Source: Candidatus Babelota bacterium (GTDB lineage Bacteria > Babelota > Babeliae > Babelales > Babelaceae). From it: a stretch of DNA of 64,000 nucleotides. Positions within the stretch are counted from its first letter, which is position 1. Every line of letters begins with the position of its first letter. This document shows positions 1 to 10,176 of the stretch, piece after piece. The notes beneath the pieces were generated by a model. The model saw only the letters and a list, made by a program, of their open reading frames with translations, searched no databases and had not been told where the DNA came from. A program made the translations under genes and the position numbers. The stretch spans positions 1,899 through 65,898 of the forward strand of contig JABDCP010000003.1 in NCBI GenBank assembly GCA_013288045.1, written 5' to 3'.

Positions 1-1345
1 TTGCAATGTTAGACCTGATCGTATTTTTCATAGAGTTTGGAGCAATCTCTAAAGCTTGTCTAAAGTAGTCTAAACCTGTTCTGTTGTCCCTTTGAGAACA
101 ATGAGCATTTCCAAGACCAATAAGAGCCTGAGCTTGCAACGTTACATCCCCATGAATGCCAAGGACTCGACGAGCTTCTAGATACCAATCAATATCATTT
201 TTATGTCGATTATCAGTATAACGGGCATTGCCAAGACCGATAAGGGCTCGAGCCTGTAAATCCACGTCACCACGGTCGCCTAGTACTTTGAGAGCTTCTC
301 GATACCAATAGTTTCTATCATGTCGATGATCGGTGTAACGAGCATTGCCAAGTCCAATGAGTGCCTGGGCTTGTAACGATATATCTCCATGAGTGCCAAG
401 GACTCCGAGAGCTTCAAGATACCAATCAGCATTATTTTCATGCTGATTATCAGTATAACGAGCATTACCAAGACCAATGAGTGCCTGCGCTTGTAAGTCT
501 ATATCGCCATGCGAGCCAAGTATTCCGAGAGCTTCTAGATACCAATGGTTTCTATCATGTTGATTATCTGTATAACGAGCATTACCAAGACCAATGAGTG
601 CCTGCGCTTGTAAGGTTATTTCACCAGTAGAACCAAGTACTCTGAGAGCTTCAAGATACCAATCAGCTTGCTTTCTATGTTGAATATCAGAATGACGAGC
701 ATTACCAAGACCAATAAGAGCTGTTGCTTGTAAGGTTATATCACCATGCGAGCCAAGTATTCTGCGAGCTTCAAGATACCAATCAGCATTGTTCCTATGC
801 TGATTATCAGTATAACGAGCATTACCAAGGCCAATAAAGGCCTGGGCTCGTACATTTTGGTTATTATTAGTAGGACACCATTCGAGGGCCTGGAGATAGT
901 ATCTGCAGCCATCTGCGGCATTATGCAATGTTAAACGATAAAAGTCTCCCACATAACAAAGTGTTTGGCCATAGGAAGGGGTCTGTTGACCGATTTTTAA
1001 GGCTTTCAGAGCACATTGCAAGGCTGTTTTGATTTCACCATTTCTTCTATAAAGTTTTGAGAGGTTGCGAGAGCTTATCGATCGTAAGTCTGCAGAAAGG
1101 TTATCCTGAGATTCAATCAGGTGCATATATACTTTCTGAGCAAATCTTAAAGCTTCCTTACTAGTAAGTAGATGTCGATATTCATTAGCAATAGCATACC
1201 AGAATTCTGCATTGTTTGGAGTAATGCCTATGGTATTAAGTTGACTTTCATGCTTAAATAAGATCTTCTGGAGATCTTCAGCCCCCAACCGAGCAAGTTC
1301 ACCCTTAGCCGGAGCAGTAAATGCATCGGGTACAAGGGTTTTCAT
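1..1345 (-). CDS. TPR-like 40-aa repeat protein (3' end runs off the window)
   Basis: The minus-strand frame is open from ATG 1345-1343 to the window edge; it is missing from the ORF track because no stop is reached. My translation gives MKTLVPDAFTAPAKGELARLG... followed by at least 7 tandem 40-aa units like AQALIGLGNARYTDNQHxxNADWYLEALxVLGSHGDIxLQ. Confidence 0.7.
   Translation of the reverse strand, partial: MKTLVPDAFTAPAKGELARLGAEDLQKILFKHESQLNTIGITPNNAEFWYAIANEYRHLLTSKEALRFAQKVYMHLIESQDNLSADLRSISSRNLSKLYRRNGEIKTALQCALKALKIGQQTPSYGQTLCYVGDFYRLTLHNAADGCRYYLQALEWCPTNNNQNVRAQAFIGLGNARYTDNQHRNNADWYLEARRILGSHGDITLQATALIGLGNARHSDIQHRKQADWYLEALRVLGSTGEITLQAQALIGLGNARYTDNQHDRNHWYLEALGILGSHGDIDLQAQALIGLGNARYTDNQHENNADWYLEALGVLGTHGDISLQAQALIGLGNARYTDHRHDRNYWYREALKVLGDRGDVDLQARALIGLGNARYTDNRHKNDIDWYLEARRVLGIHGDVTLQAQALIGLGNAHCSQRDNRTGLDYFRQALEIAPNSMKNTIRSNIA
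100..870 (-). repeat. Tandem 120-nt coding repeats (the TPR-like units)
   Basis: The motif gcattaccaagaccaatgagtgcctg recurs every 120 nt (about 226, 343, 463, 583, 703, 823). The repeats are in frame within the CDS above. Confidence 0.85.
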
Positions 1346-1594
1346 GCTAGAGCTGAAGCTCAAATGGTTGTAAGTAGAGAGAATTCCTATAAGCAGAAGT
1401 CTTAATATGCTGTTCAAATGAAAACTCCATACGTTTTACAAAATAGTTGATAGTATAATATATACTAAAATAATTGCGATGAGTAATGAGGGATTTTCTT
1501 TCGGAAAGACCCTTGTTCATAGTAGCGGGTGAAATGATATTCTAATAGGGATGTCTGGTGCTCGAGCGATAAAGCATCTTCATAATGCTTCATC

Positions 1595-2245
1595 CTAGCG
1601 CGATGATGCTTTAGGGAGTCGAGAAAGGTCTTTGATGGTGCCTGAAAAGAGAAGGACATCTTTTTCCGTAACAATATAACTGGGATCAATAGGTTCTATT
1701 CTATCATCTTCTTTCTTGCCAATGCAGATAACTCCATATGTATGAGGAAAATCAAGCTCTTTAATGCTTTTTTTCTGAAATTCTTTAGGAGCTTCGAGTC
1801 TACTTATGCAGAAGTTTGAGGCAAGGCGCGTTACCGCTTTAAAGGGTAAGCTCAATACATCGGCGACTCTTCTTCCTTCTTCACGTTCAGGAAGGACGAC
1901 TTGGTCTGCTCCGATAAGAAGGAGAATCTCGCGGTGAATGTCGCTAATAGAACGGGTGATAACTGTTTTTATATGGAGGCGATGTTTTAAAAGTGCGGTA
2001 ACTAAGATAGATTGTGCAAAGTTTTCACCCATAGCTACGATGACCGTATCCATATCATCAACGCCGACACTGCGTAGCGATTCCTCATCATGTATTCTAA
2101 GGCAAACTGCTTGAGAGACCTTGTCACGTATAGATGCAATAATGCCTTCATTGGCATCAATTGCTAACACTTCCATGCCATTTTCTGCAAGCGTAACGGC
2201 AACATGATATCCAAAACGACCAACTCCGATTACACAAAATTTCAT
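1595..2245 (-). CDS. trkA: Trk/Ktr potassium uptake system, NAD-binding RCK subunit
   Basis: 216 aa with an N-terminal Rossmann motif (MKFCVIGVGRFGYHVAVTLAENGMEVLAID) and a C-terminal RCK-C-like part. It lies directly downstream of the TrkH-family gene. Confidence 0.85.
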   Translation of the reverse strand: MKFCVIGVGRFGYHVAVTLAENGMEVLAIDANEGIIASIRDKVSQAVCLRIHDEESLRSVGVDDMDTVIVAMGENFAQSILVTALLKHRLHIKTVITRSISDIHREILLLIGADQVVLPEREEGRRVADVLSLPFKAVTRLASNFCISRLEAPKEFQKKSIKELDFPHTYGVICIGKKEDDRIEPIDPSYIVTEKDVLLFSGTIKDLSRLPKASSR

Positions 2246-2260
2246 AGTGGGGTTCCTAAG

Positions 2261-3646
2261 TTAGCTCATCATAATTCGTTCTTCAGGGTAGTGAAATTCT
2301 GCTCGTTCACGTGGTGTACGTAATGCGAGCATGAGCGTCAATATTCCTACTCTACCCATAAACATGTTTACTATAATAATCAGTTTTCCAGCAATAGTTA
2401 AGGTTGGCGTGATTGAAGTAGCCAGGCCCAAGTTCGTAAACGAGGAAACTGCTTCAAAAAAAACACTGATAAAACTACTGTGACTTTCCACAAGAGCCAG
2501 CAGGAATGTACTTGCAGTAATCCACACAAGACTTACTGAAAGTACTGCCATAGCCTTAAAGATCTGATCTTGAGCAACGCGCCTGTTTATTATATCAACT
2601 TCCATACGTCCATTGATAACCGCCCGAATCGTTGCAAGAAAAATAGCAAAGGTGGTTACTTTGATGCCCGATCCTGTTGAAACAGGTGATGAACCGATAA
2701 AGCTATACATCATGATTAAGAAGATGGTTGCCGTTTGCATCGTATCAAGATCAATAGTGGTAAATCCAATACTCCGATAGGAGATAGCATTGAAGAGCAT
2801 ATTGCTCAATGTCTCCCACCAGGGACTATCAGAAAAATGGCTCGGCCCTTCTAACAAAATGAGCAGTAAGGTTGCTCCTAGGATAAGAATGGCAGTCATG
2901 CTTAATATGATTTTTGAGGTGAGCGAAAACTGAAAGAATCGTCCTTCCCATCTACTTTTGATGAAGAGAAATAGTTCATGGAGGGTGATAAATCCGATAC
3001 CGCCTATCATAATTAAAATACTGGTAACTGCAAGAAAGGGTAAATTGTGGCTATAGGGAACTAAGCTTTCAGATCCAAAGCTGCTCATTCCAGCCATACA
3101 GAAGGACGAGATGCTATGAAATATCGCGTGAAATGCCGCATCCCAAGGTGCATACTGGTCCTTGATTAGAAGATAAATACATACAGCTCCAACAAGTTCA
3201 ACAATAATGGTCGTTCTTATAATAAAGAAGAGAATTTGACGAGGATTTTTGAACGTTGAGAGTTCTAGGATTTTTCCTAACATAAATTTTGTTGAGATCC
3301 CTAAGTTAAAAAAGAGTGCGACTAAGAAAAGCCAGAGAGTAAGCAGCCCTATGCCACCAATTTGGATAAGGCCAAGTATGATGCATTTTCCAAAGAGACT
3401 AAATGATTCGAATGGTACCGTAAGCACCCCAGTGACACACGTTGAAGACGTAGCAGTAAAGAAGCAATCGATAAGTGAGATCGGAGTATTTTGCGCAGCA
3501 GGCACCCTCAAAAGGATCGTGCCTAATATGATAGTGAGAGCGATCGTGAATAGAACCGTTCTCCCGGGCGAGTCTGTTAAGGCACGTAATAAACGCATAA
3601 TCTGACCTTGCTCTTTCATATCTAAAAGGTACCTGCCAATATACAC
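2261..3646 (-). CDS. trkH: TrkH/KtrB-family potassium transporter membrane subunit
   Basis: 461 aa polytopic protein with repeated pore-loop-like GxG segments (TGSGIKV, IGGIG) and adjacent trkA. The start may be an internal Met (aa 10 or 17). Confidence 0.8.
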   Translation of the reverse strand: MYIGRYLLDMKEQGQIMRLLRALTDSPGRTVLFTIALTIILGTILLRVPAAQNTPISLIDCFFTATSSTCVTGVLTVPFESFSLFGKCIILGLIQIGGIGLLTLWLFLVALFFNLGISTKFMLGKILELSTFKNPRQILFFIIRTTIIVELVGAVCIYLLIKDQYAPWDAAFHAIFHSISSFCMAGMSSFGSESLVPYSHNLPFLAVTSILIMIGGIGFITLHELFLFIKSRWEGRFFQFSLTSKIILSMTAILILGATLLLILLEGPSHFSDSPWWETLSNMLFNAISYRSIGFTTIDLDTMQTATIFLIMMYSFIGSSPVSTGSGIKVTTFAIFLATIRAVINGRMEVDIINRRVAQDQIFKAMAVLSVSLVWITASTFLLALVESHSSFISVFFEAVSSFTNLGLATSITPTLTIAGKLIIIVNMFMGRVGILTLMLALRTPRERAEFHYPEERIMMS

Positions 3647-3896
3647 CTGGGTAGGGTACTGCTGTCAAGTGGAGGAAAACTCGAGTATGAAAATTGTGGG
3701 CCCCACATGTACTAGGCGGGCACTAGGCGGTTTTTCGTCATAGGTATGTAATAGAGATGGTGAAAGAATTAGCAAGAGAAGGAAAGGTGCGACGAGATCT
3801 CTTGTTTGGGCTGTACCAAGAACTAGACACGCCATGTAGATTTTGATACCATTTCTACAATGTATCTCCTTACCCAGAGCTAAAAGAAATTATTTG

Positions 3897-4238
3897 ATGA
3901 AAGGACATGCGATGCCTAAAAAAATGAAAACGACGTATGATGTGTTTCTTGAGTCGATGACCTCTGATCAGAAAAAAGAGTTTGATAAAGAGCTTCGCAA
4001 CCTCGCACTCTCAGAGTTAGTTTTTGCAGCAATGGAGGAAGATACCGTATCGGTACGAAAGCTTGCAAAAATAGCTGGTGTATCCCCAACAATTATACAA
4101 GCGATCCGGTCAGGCTCCAGAGATGACTTTGCGCTAAAAAGTATATTTAAGGTTTTAAATAGTTTGGGTTTCAAAATACTTTTGGAAAGGAATGGTGAGA
4201 TTACGCCACTCGATATTTCCTGGATAGCATCCGATTGA
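3897..4238 (+). CDS. XRE-type helix-turn-helix domain protein
   Basis: The HTH segment VSVRKLAKIAGVSPTIIQAIRSG is present. I moved the start from the tracked TTG 3843 to the first ATG in frame (3897). Confidence 0.55.
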   Translation: MKGHAMPKKMKTTYDVFLESMTSDQKKEFDKELRNLALSELVFAAMEEDTVSVRKLAKIAGVSPTIIQAIRSGSRDDFALKSIFKVLNSLGFKILLERNGEITPLDISWIASD

Positions 4239-4311
4239 TTTGTTCTGTCGTTGAGAATGAACGACTAGTACAAAAGCGTGAACGACCTTGAAAGTGTAAG
4301 ATATACCTCAC

Positions 4312-4350
4312 GAGAGAAATAGCGCCACTCTCGTTACGGGAGCAGCGCTA
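4312..4350 (-). terminator. Hairpin terminator downstream of lon
   Basis: TAGCGC...GCGCTA outer stem with an inner CTCTCG/CGGGAG stem (4320-4350), followed on the minus strand by TTTCTCT. It lies 13 nt after the lon stop. Confidence 0.45.
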
Positions 4351-4362
4351 TAAAATCTGATA

Positions 4363-6813
4363 CTATTTTGTCTTTTTTCGTTGTGCAATTTTTGTCTGCT
4401 TTTTCTTACCTGTTTCCGCTGTCTTTTTTGATTTTGCTTTATCTTCTTCTTTCTCCGAAGGAGCTTTTGCTTTAAAAGGATCTTTTATTAAAGCGAGCTT
4501 AAGCACTTCATCCATATTTTTTACATAGATGATTTTCATATCTTTAAGTTCACCAATATCTGCAATTACCTCTTCAATGTCATCCTTGTTTTCATCAGGT
4601 ACAAAGATCGTCTTAATGCCATGTTGCCGTGCAGCAAGAATCTTAGCTTTTAAGCCGCCTACGCCAAGAACGCGACCACGAAGGGTAATCTCTCCAGTCA
4701 TCGCCATGTCAGGTCGTGTTGGATTCTTAGTAATTGCTGATACCAAAGCTAAGCACATTGTAATACCGGCAGAAGGGCCATCCTTTGGTGTAGCACCCTC
4801 TGGAATATGGACGTGAATATCTCTTGATGCATAGAAGGATTCTTTCAATCCAAGCGGGGTTGCTCGTGATCTTATATAACTAAGAGCAGCGTGAGCAGAC
4901 TCTTGCATAACTTCACCAAGCTGACCTGTAAGAGTGAGTCCACCTTTACCAGGCAGTACGGTTGCCTCAATCTCAAGGATATCTCCTCCAACCTCGGTCC
5001 AGGCAAGACCGGTTGCAAGGCCGATACGTTCACCCGTATCAAGTGTAGTTTTTTTATAGCGAGGATGTCCAAGCCACTCTTTAAGAAGCTCGTCAGTTAC
5101 CTTGACGCTAGTTACCTTCGGATCTTTTAAGAGGATCTGGATACTCTTACGCATGAGCTTTGAAATGATACGTTCAAGTTGACGTACACCAGATTCTTTC
5201 GTGTATTCATTGATGATCTTATGTAAAAGCTCTGTAGGGAGCTTAAACTGAGTAGGTTTTAAGCCATACTCTTTCAAGTTTTTAGGAATTAAGAAAGATT
5301 TTGCAATCTCCATTTTCTCGGCATCAGTGTATCCTGAGAGCATAATGCGCTCCATCCTATCATACAGAGGGAACGGAATGCCTTCAGTATGGTTTGCGGT
5401 AGCAATAAACATTACCTTAGAAAGGTCATACTCAAGCTCAAGAAAATGGTCTACAAACGATTTGTTTTGTTCAGGATCAAGAACCTCAAGCAACGCTGCT
5501 GCAGGATCTCCATGGAAATCGTTCGACATCTTGTCGATCTCGTCAAGTAAGATCACAGGGTTAGCAGATCCGGCTTTTTTAATGGCCTGGATAATCTTAC
5601 CAGGTAAGGCACCAATATAGGTACGACGGTGACCACGTATTTCTGCTTCATCTTTTACACCACCAAGAGAGATCCGCACAAATTCACGGCCTAAGCTCTC
5701 AGCTATAGAATGTCCTAAGGATGTTTTACCAACACCTGGAGGACCAATTAAACAGATGATAGGAGACCTTTGAAGCGATTTAGAGAACTTGCGAGCAGCA
5801 AGGAACTCAATAATACGCTCTTTTGCACGTTTTAATCCTGCATGGTTCTTATTAAGAATCTTTTCCGCATCTTCAAGGCTTATTTTGTCTTGAGTCACCT
5901 TATTCCAAGGTAATGAAATTATCCAATCAATATAGTGCCTACTGACAACCGCCTCTGAAGATAGGGGGGGCATCTGTTCAAGCCGTTTAAGCTCTTTATT
6001 TACCTTATCAAGGGCTTCCTTAGGAAGACCAAGCTTTTTTACTTTGGAGCGAATAAGGGCAATATCTGATTGGGTATCGTCGCGGCCAAGCTCTTTTTGA
6101 ATAGCCTTCATCTGCTCAGTTAAATAGTATTCCCTTTGGCTTTTTTCAACCTGTTTTTGTACATTCCCTCGGATCCGTTCTTCAGTCTCTAAGATATCTA
6201 TTTCTCGCTGCAGAAGGGCGGATATCTTGGATATACGAGCCTTAAGATCAGGAATCTCAATGATTTCCTGGCGTTCTTCAAAGGACAAATTAAGATGGAC
6301 TGCGAGCGTATCGACAATATTGTCCATATCTTCAGGACTTTTGACCGCAACAAGGAGCTCAGCGGGTATTTTTGTATTGTATTGGGCAAATGTAGCATAG
6401 AGCACCTTGAGCTGTCTCCAAAGGGCTTCTAGCTCAACGGTTTTATTTAAGCTTGTTGTAGGAAGGTCGACCGTTTCGACCGTAATAAAGTCATCACATT
6501 TTTCGGGCCTTACAATTTGTGAGCGGCAAATACCTTCTACAAGAATTTTAAGAGTGCCCTTAGGCATTCTCATAACCTGTAATATGGTTGACTTAGTACC
6601 TATTTGGTAGACATCGTCTTCAGTGGGATGCTCAATTTCTGCATTTTTTTGAGCCGTTATAAACAGCTCTTTATTATGACGCAAGGCATATTCTACCGCT
6701 GAGATTGAGGAAGATCTTCCTACAATGATCGGCAAAATACTTTTGGGTAATATAACCACATTCTTAAGCGGTAAGAGAGCTAAGACTGCAGGATTTTTCT
6801 CGTTTTCTATCAT
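4363..6813 (-). CDS. lon: ATP-dependent Lon protease
   Basis: 816 aa with Walker [10 protein letters not shown], catalytic Ser motif PKDGPSAG and Lys motif [10 protein letters not shown]. It also carries a Lys-rich C-terminal tail. Confidence 0.97.
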   Translation of the reverse strand: MIENEKNPAVLALLPLKNVVILPKSILPIIVGRSSSISAVEYALRHNKELFITAQKNAEIEHPTEDDVYQIGTKSTILQVMRMPKGTLKILVEGICRSQIVRPEKCDDFITVETVDLPTTSLNKTVELEALWRQLKVLYATFAQYNTKIPAELLVAVKSPEDMDNIVDTLAVHLNLSFEERQEIIEIPDLKARISKISALLQREIDILETEERIRGNVQKQVEKSQREYYLTEQMKAIQKELGRDDTQSDIALIRSKVKKLGLPKEALDKVNKELKRLEQMPPLSSEAVVSRHYIDWIISLPWNKVTQDKISLEDAEKILNKNHAGLKRAKERIIEFLAARKFSKSLQRSPIICLIGPPGVGKTSLGHSIAESLGREFVRISLGGVKDEAEIRGHRRTYIGALPGKIIQAIKKAGSANPVILLDEIDKMSNDFHGDPAAALLEVLDPEQNKSFVDHFLELEYDLSKVMFIATANHTEGIPFPLYDRMERIMLSGYTDAEKMEIAKSFLIPKNLKEYGLKPTQFKLPTELLHKIINEYTKESGVRQLERIISKLMRKSIQILLKDPKVTSVKVTDELLKEWLGHPRYKKTTLDTGERIGLATGLAWTEVGGDILEIEATVLPGKGGLTLTGQLGEVMQESAHAALSYIRSRATPLGLKESFYASRDIHVHIPEGATPKDGPSAGITMCLALVSAITKNPTRPDMAMTGEITLRGRVLGVGGLKAKILAARQHGIKTIFVPDENKDDIEEVIADIGELKDMKIIYVKNMDEVLKLALIKDPFKAKAPSEKEEDKAKSKKTAETGKKKQTKIAQRKKTK

Positions 6814-7088
6814 ACTAATTCCTGATTATGGCGCTTTTTTAACTAATTTAGGACTAGGCCATAGGCTCTAGCCAATCTTTTTGTTGAAGTGAAATTTTAC
6901 TCGCATCTTCGCATATTAGGATACTTTTAGCAATATTTTATACAAAGAATCTTCTTTCTTTGTTATCAGAGACAATCAGATCTTAGTTTAGCCTGTAGAG
7001 CAAGAACCTTTGATTGAAACCGAAATATCGGCAAATATACGGAGTAATTTCTTCAAAAACAGACTAACATTACTTTAGCATAAGTGAC

Positions 7089-7337
7089 TCAGATTGTACA
7101 GTTTTTCCCGAGGACTTCAAAGAGCGGTTTAATTAGTTTAAAACGGGGCACTGGTTGACCATTTACGTCGACAGTCTCACTAAACATCTTAGCTGGACGT
7201 ACCCAAAGACTATAATCACCATAAAGGGCCTGATACACGACCATTTCTTCTAAGGTTTCCGAATGCCGGGCGAGTCCGATAACTCTGTAAACGTCTCCAC
7301 GATAATGTTGATAAAGGCCTAAAGAGAAATTTGTCAT
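7089..7337 (-). CDS. DUF1653-like small protein
   Basis: 82 aa. YQHYRGDVYRVIGLARHSETLEEMVVYQALYGDYSLWVRPAKMF matches my recollection of the DUF1653 signature. Its ATG overlaps the upstream stop (ATGA at 7334-7337). Confidence 0.6.
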   Translation of the reverse strand: MTNFSLGLYQHYRGDVYRVIGLARHSETLEEMVVYQALYGDYSLWVRPAKMFSETVDVNGQPVPRFKLIKPLFEVLGKNCTI

Positions 7338-7966
7338 TGTTTTTTATCATCCTTTGGGAGTGTTTCTAAGGAATTATACTTCAGAGGAACGATGATCTTA
7401 CCAGTCTTATCGATCTTTCCCCATTTGCCACCAACTAAGGAGAAAAACATCTCTTTGCGAGGCTGATGGAAAGAACTAGAGCTTAATGGTAGGAAAGTTG
7501 GCTTTTGAGGATATTCCGCATGGCATCCGATACTGACATTGGAAGTGCCATTTTTAAATGGACTGGCAAAATCAAACTCAGGTTTAATAACCACATGTCC
7601 CCGACGATCATGAAAGCCAATCTTGCCCGTTTTGGGATCGATAAACCGAGCAAGACCTTCTTCATAATAATCTGGACCATTATCAAAAAAGACGCTTTCA
7701 AATTTAATTTTTCCATCTTTGGAAATCCTGTAGGTAGTCCAATTCTTTATTACGCCCACGAGATATTCTGTCTCTTTGTTTTTAGGGCTGAAGACCTCAT
7801 CAGTGGTGGCATAGACAGCAGCAAATTGTGGTTTAATAACCACTATTCCCTGAGCATCTTTGAAACCCCACAGCTCTGTGGTTTTGTCAAGATAAGCAAC
7901 AAGTCCTGCTTCTGCTACAACCGGAACAAGAAAGATTATTAGCATGGCAATGAACGTTCTAAGCAT
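7334..7966 (-). CDS. WG-repeat (KWG-type) secreted protein
   Basis: Repeats are LWGFKDAQGIVVIKPQF, GKIGFHDRRGHVVIKPEF and GKWGKIDKTGKIIVPLKY. I chose the start at MLRTFIAMLIIFLVPVVAEA (signal peptide) instead of the tracked TTG 8014. Confidence 0.65.
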   Translation of the reverse strand: MLRTFIAMLIIFLVPVVAEAGLVAYLDKTTELWGFKDAQGIVVIKPQFAAVYATTDEVFSPKNKETEYLVGVIKNWTTYRISKDGKIKFESVFFDNGPDYYEEGLARFIDPKTGKIGFHDRRGHVVIKPEFDFASPFKNGTSNVSIGCHAEYPQKPTFLPLSSSSFHQPRKEMFFSLVGGKWGKIDKTGKIIVPLKYNSLETLPKDDKKQ

Positions 7967-8515
7967 GCGAAGCCTCAAATGCTGTATTGTTATAAGCATA
8001 TTTGATTCGAACAATGTAGTTTTCTATCAGTATCTTCAAACGCACCTCGAATGGTGCATTATAGCTAATGTAATGTTAGTTTGCCCTGTTAGTTGATACT
8101 ATGTGCCTGTATCATGGACAAGCATATCAAACTTACTTCCTTTGGGATAGTAGTATCGGACTAACCCATTGGTATTCCCCGTGGGACTGAAAGCGTCTTG
8201 ATTGTTATGGGCGCATAATTAGGGAAGCTTTAGGGGGCTCTTCGGAACAAAGTGCTTCTAAATCGATATTTTGGTTTGGATCGGGTAAAATTCGCACTCT
8301 GTGATAAAAAGAAGTATACTGAGTTCCAAGGTTAAAACTCTTTTAGGTATGATGGAGCCAGGAGAAGAGCATTATGACGTGACAGGTTCTTTTTAGCGCG
8401 AAAGCGTTGCTTAATGCATGATGTGGTCGTGCGCATATGCTTGATACGTAATAAACTTGTCAAGTAAAGGTGCTCTGACATAGGTATATATCATTAATCT
8501 AAAGGATCTTAGTAT

Positions 8516-10033
8516 ATGTTTGAATCTCTCTATCAATTATTAGAATTACCCATTAAATATTTGGGCCTTGCGGGAACGATCACGCTAGGCTTTGGTGTCA
8601 TCTTTCTACTCTTGAGTTTGATTTTCGGAGCTCGAAATGTTTTAAAGCCCATGTTTGGTGACTTTGAAACTGAAGAACTCAAAAAATTCATCCTTCTTGG
8701 TTTAATTTTTGGTCTCATTATTGGTATTTACTGGACCTTACGTCCTTTGAAAGATGCACTCTTTCAAGAAATCGTTGGCGGTGAATGGCAGCCTCGTGCT
8801 AAATGGCTCTCTTTAGTAGCTATTTTGCCTCTCGTTGTTATCTATAGCAAACTTGTTGAGATGCTGTCCCGTCAAAATCTTTTCTATGTCATGTCTGCTG
8901 CTTATGGTATAGCAACTTTGATTTTGGCATGGTTCTTCTTCCACCCGACCTACGGGCTTGAGAATCTGCATGCAGATCCATCACGTCTTCTTGGGTGGGT
9001 GTGGTATGTGTTCGTTGAGAGCTTTGGTTCATTGCTTGTCGCACTCTTTTGGGCTTTCGCTACGGACATTACAAAAGCGGACTCGGCTAAGAAAGGATTT
9101 TTCTTAGTTGCTATGTTTGGGCAGATCGGGGGCATATATGGACCTCTGATGACCAAAATTCCAAAGATATATAATGTAAGCAATGCCTATCCGGTGGTTG
9201 CCTGTGGATTCTTAATCTTGCTTATTATACCACTTGTTTGGTTCTTTATGAGAACTGTTCCAGCGTCCCAAATGAAAGGGTTTGAGGGAACTGAGCCTAA
9301 AAACACTAAGCATGAGGCTGAGCCCGGGTTCTTCGAAGGATTGAAGTTGATGGTCTCAAAACCTTACTTGTTAGGGATTTTTGGTATCATCTCCTTCTAT
9401 GAAATTATTGTCACCGTTTTTGACTATTACTTTAAACTCATGGCACAGGCCAACATTCTTGATAAAGCTGAAAAACTTCACTTTTTGGGTGAATATGCAC
9501 AGTTTGCAAACCTTGCCACATTCGTGTGCCTGATATTTGGTATCAGCAACATTCAGCGCTACTTGGGTCTTACAGCATCTTTGGTGTTGATGCCTATGTT
9601 AGTTACCTGTGCTGTTGCTGTATTCAGGTTCTATCCAGCATTAACGCCTCTGTTCTGGCTCATGGTTGCATCAAAGGCAGTAAACTATGCCTTAAATAGT
9701 CCTTCTATGAAACAGCTGTATATTCCTACAACTGAAGATGTTCGTTACAAGTCCCAGGCTTGGATTGAAACCTTTGGATCACGAGGATCTAAAGCAGGGG
9801 GATCAGCTATCACTGATCAGCATCAAAATGTAGTTATTGCAAATGGGCCTCAGTGGGCCGATAAGGCATTCAGAAAAGAGCATATGTTCCAACCAGAGGA
9901 TCTTGGCTCATTCTGGTACATGGCAATTAGTTGCTATTTCTTCCTCGGTGTCCTTGCTGTGTGGGTATTTGTAGCCCTATACCTTGGTAGAACGTATCAA
10001 AAAGCTGTTGATAGTAACAAGGTTGTTTGTTAG
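8516..10033 (+). CDS. tlc: ATP/ADP translocase-type nucleotide transporter (TLC/NTT family)
   Basis: 505 aa with about 12 TM segments. Family motifs are LRPLKDALF, FWAFATDITKADSAKKGFFLVAMFGQIGGIYGP and MKQLYIPTTEDVRYKSQAWIETFGSRGSKAGGS. Confidence 0.85.
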   Translation: MFESLYQLLELPIKYLGLAGTITLGFGVIFLLLSLIFGARNVLKPMFGDFETEELKKFILLGLIFGLIIGIYWTLRPLKDALFQEIVGGEWQPRAKWLSLVAILPLVVIYSKLVEMLSRQNLFYVMSAAYGIATLILAWFFFHPTYGLENLHADPSRLLGWVWYVFVESFGSLLVALFWAFATDITKADSAKKGFFLVAMFGQIGGIYGPLMTKIPKIYNVSNAYPVVACGFLILLIIPLVWFFMRTVPASQMKGFEGTEPKNTKHEAEPGFFEGLKLMVSKPYLLGIFGIISFYEIIVTVFDYYFKLMAQANILDKAEKLHFLGEYAQFANLATFVCLIFGISNIQRYLGLTASLVLMPMLVTCAVAVFRFYPALTPLFWLMVASKAVNYALNSPSMKQLYIPTTEDVRYKSQAWIETFGSRGSKAGGSAITDQHQNVVIANGPQWADKAFRKEHMFQPEDLGSFWYMAISCYFFLGVLAVWVFVALYLGRTYQKAVDSNKVVC

Positions 10034-10051
10034 AGAGCTTAGTGTGAATTT

Positions 10052-10130
10052 AAAAGACCTTTCTTCTTTGGCATTGTACGTAAGACAAGAGATGTGTGCG
10101 TTATCTGCCACGTGAAGAAAGGTCTTTTTT
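10052..10130 (+). terminator. Long-loop hairpin plus T-run after first transporter gene
   Basis: aaaagacctttcttc ... gaagaaaggtctttttt: a 14-15 bp stem with a roughly 45-nt loop, followed by a T6 run. Confidence 0.4.
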
Positions 10131-10176
10131 GTAGGTAGACGGTATCTAAGATGGATGTTGACTGGGGGGATTGTCG

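Noticed and set aside
100-870. A regular 120-nt periodic repeat that superficially looks like a CRISPR-type array.
   Set aside because: There is no repeat/spacer alternation because the whole unit is repeated. The repeats lie in frame inside a long ORF encoding 40-aa helical repeats.
3249-3605. 118-aa plus-strand ORF, together with similar antisense ORFs at 7505-7942, 33175-33489, 51010-51372 and 53374-53763.
   Set aside because: All are embedded antisense in strongly supported genes (trkH, the WG-repeat gene, ftsH, the ABC exporter, the OMP) and have no independent signals.
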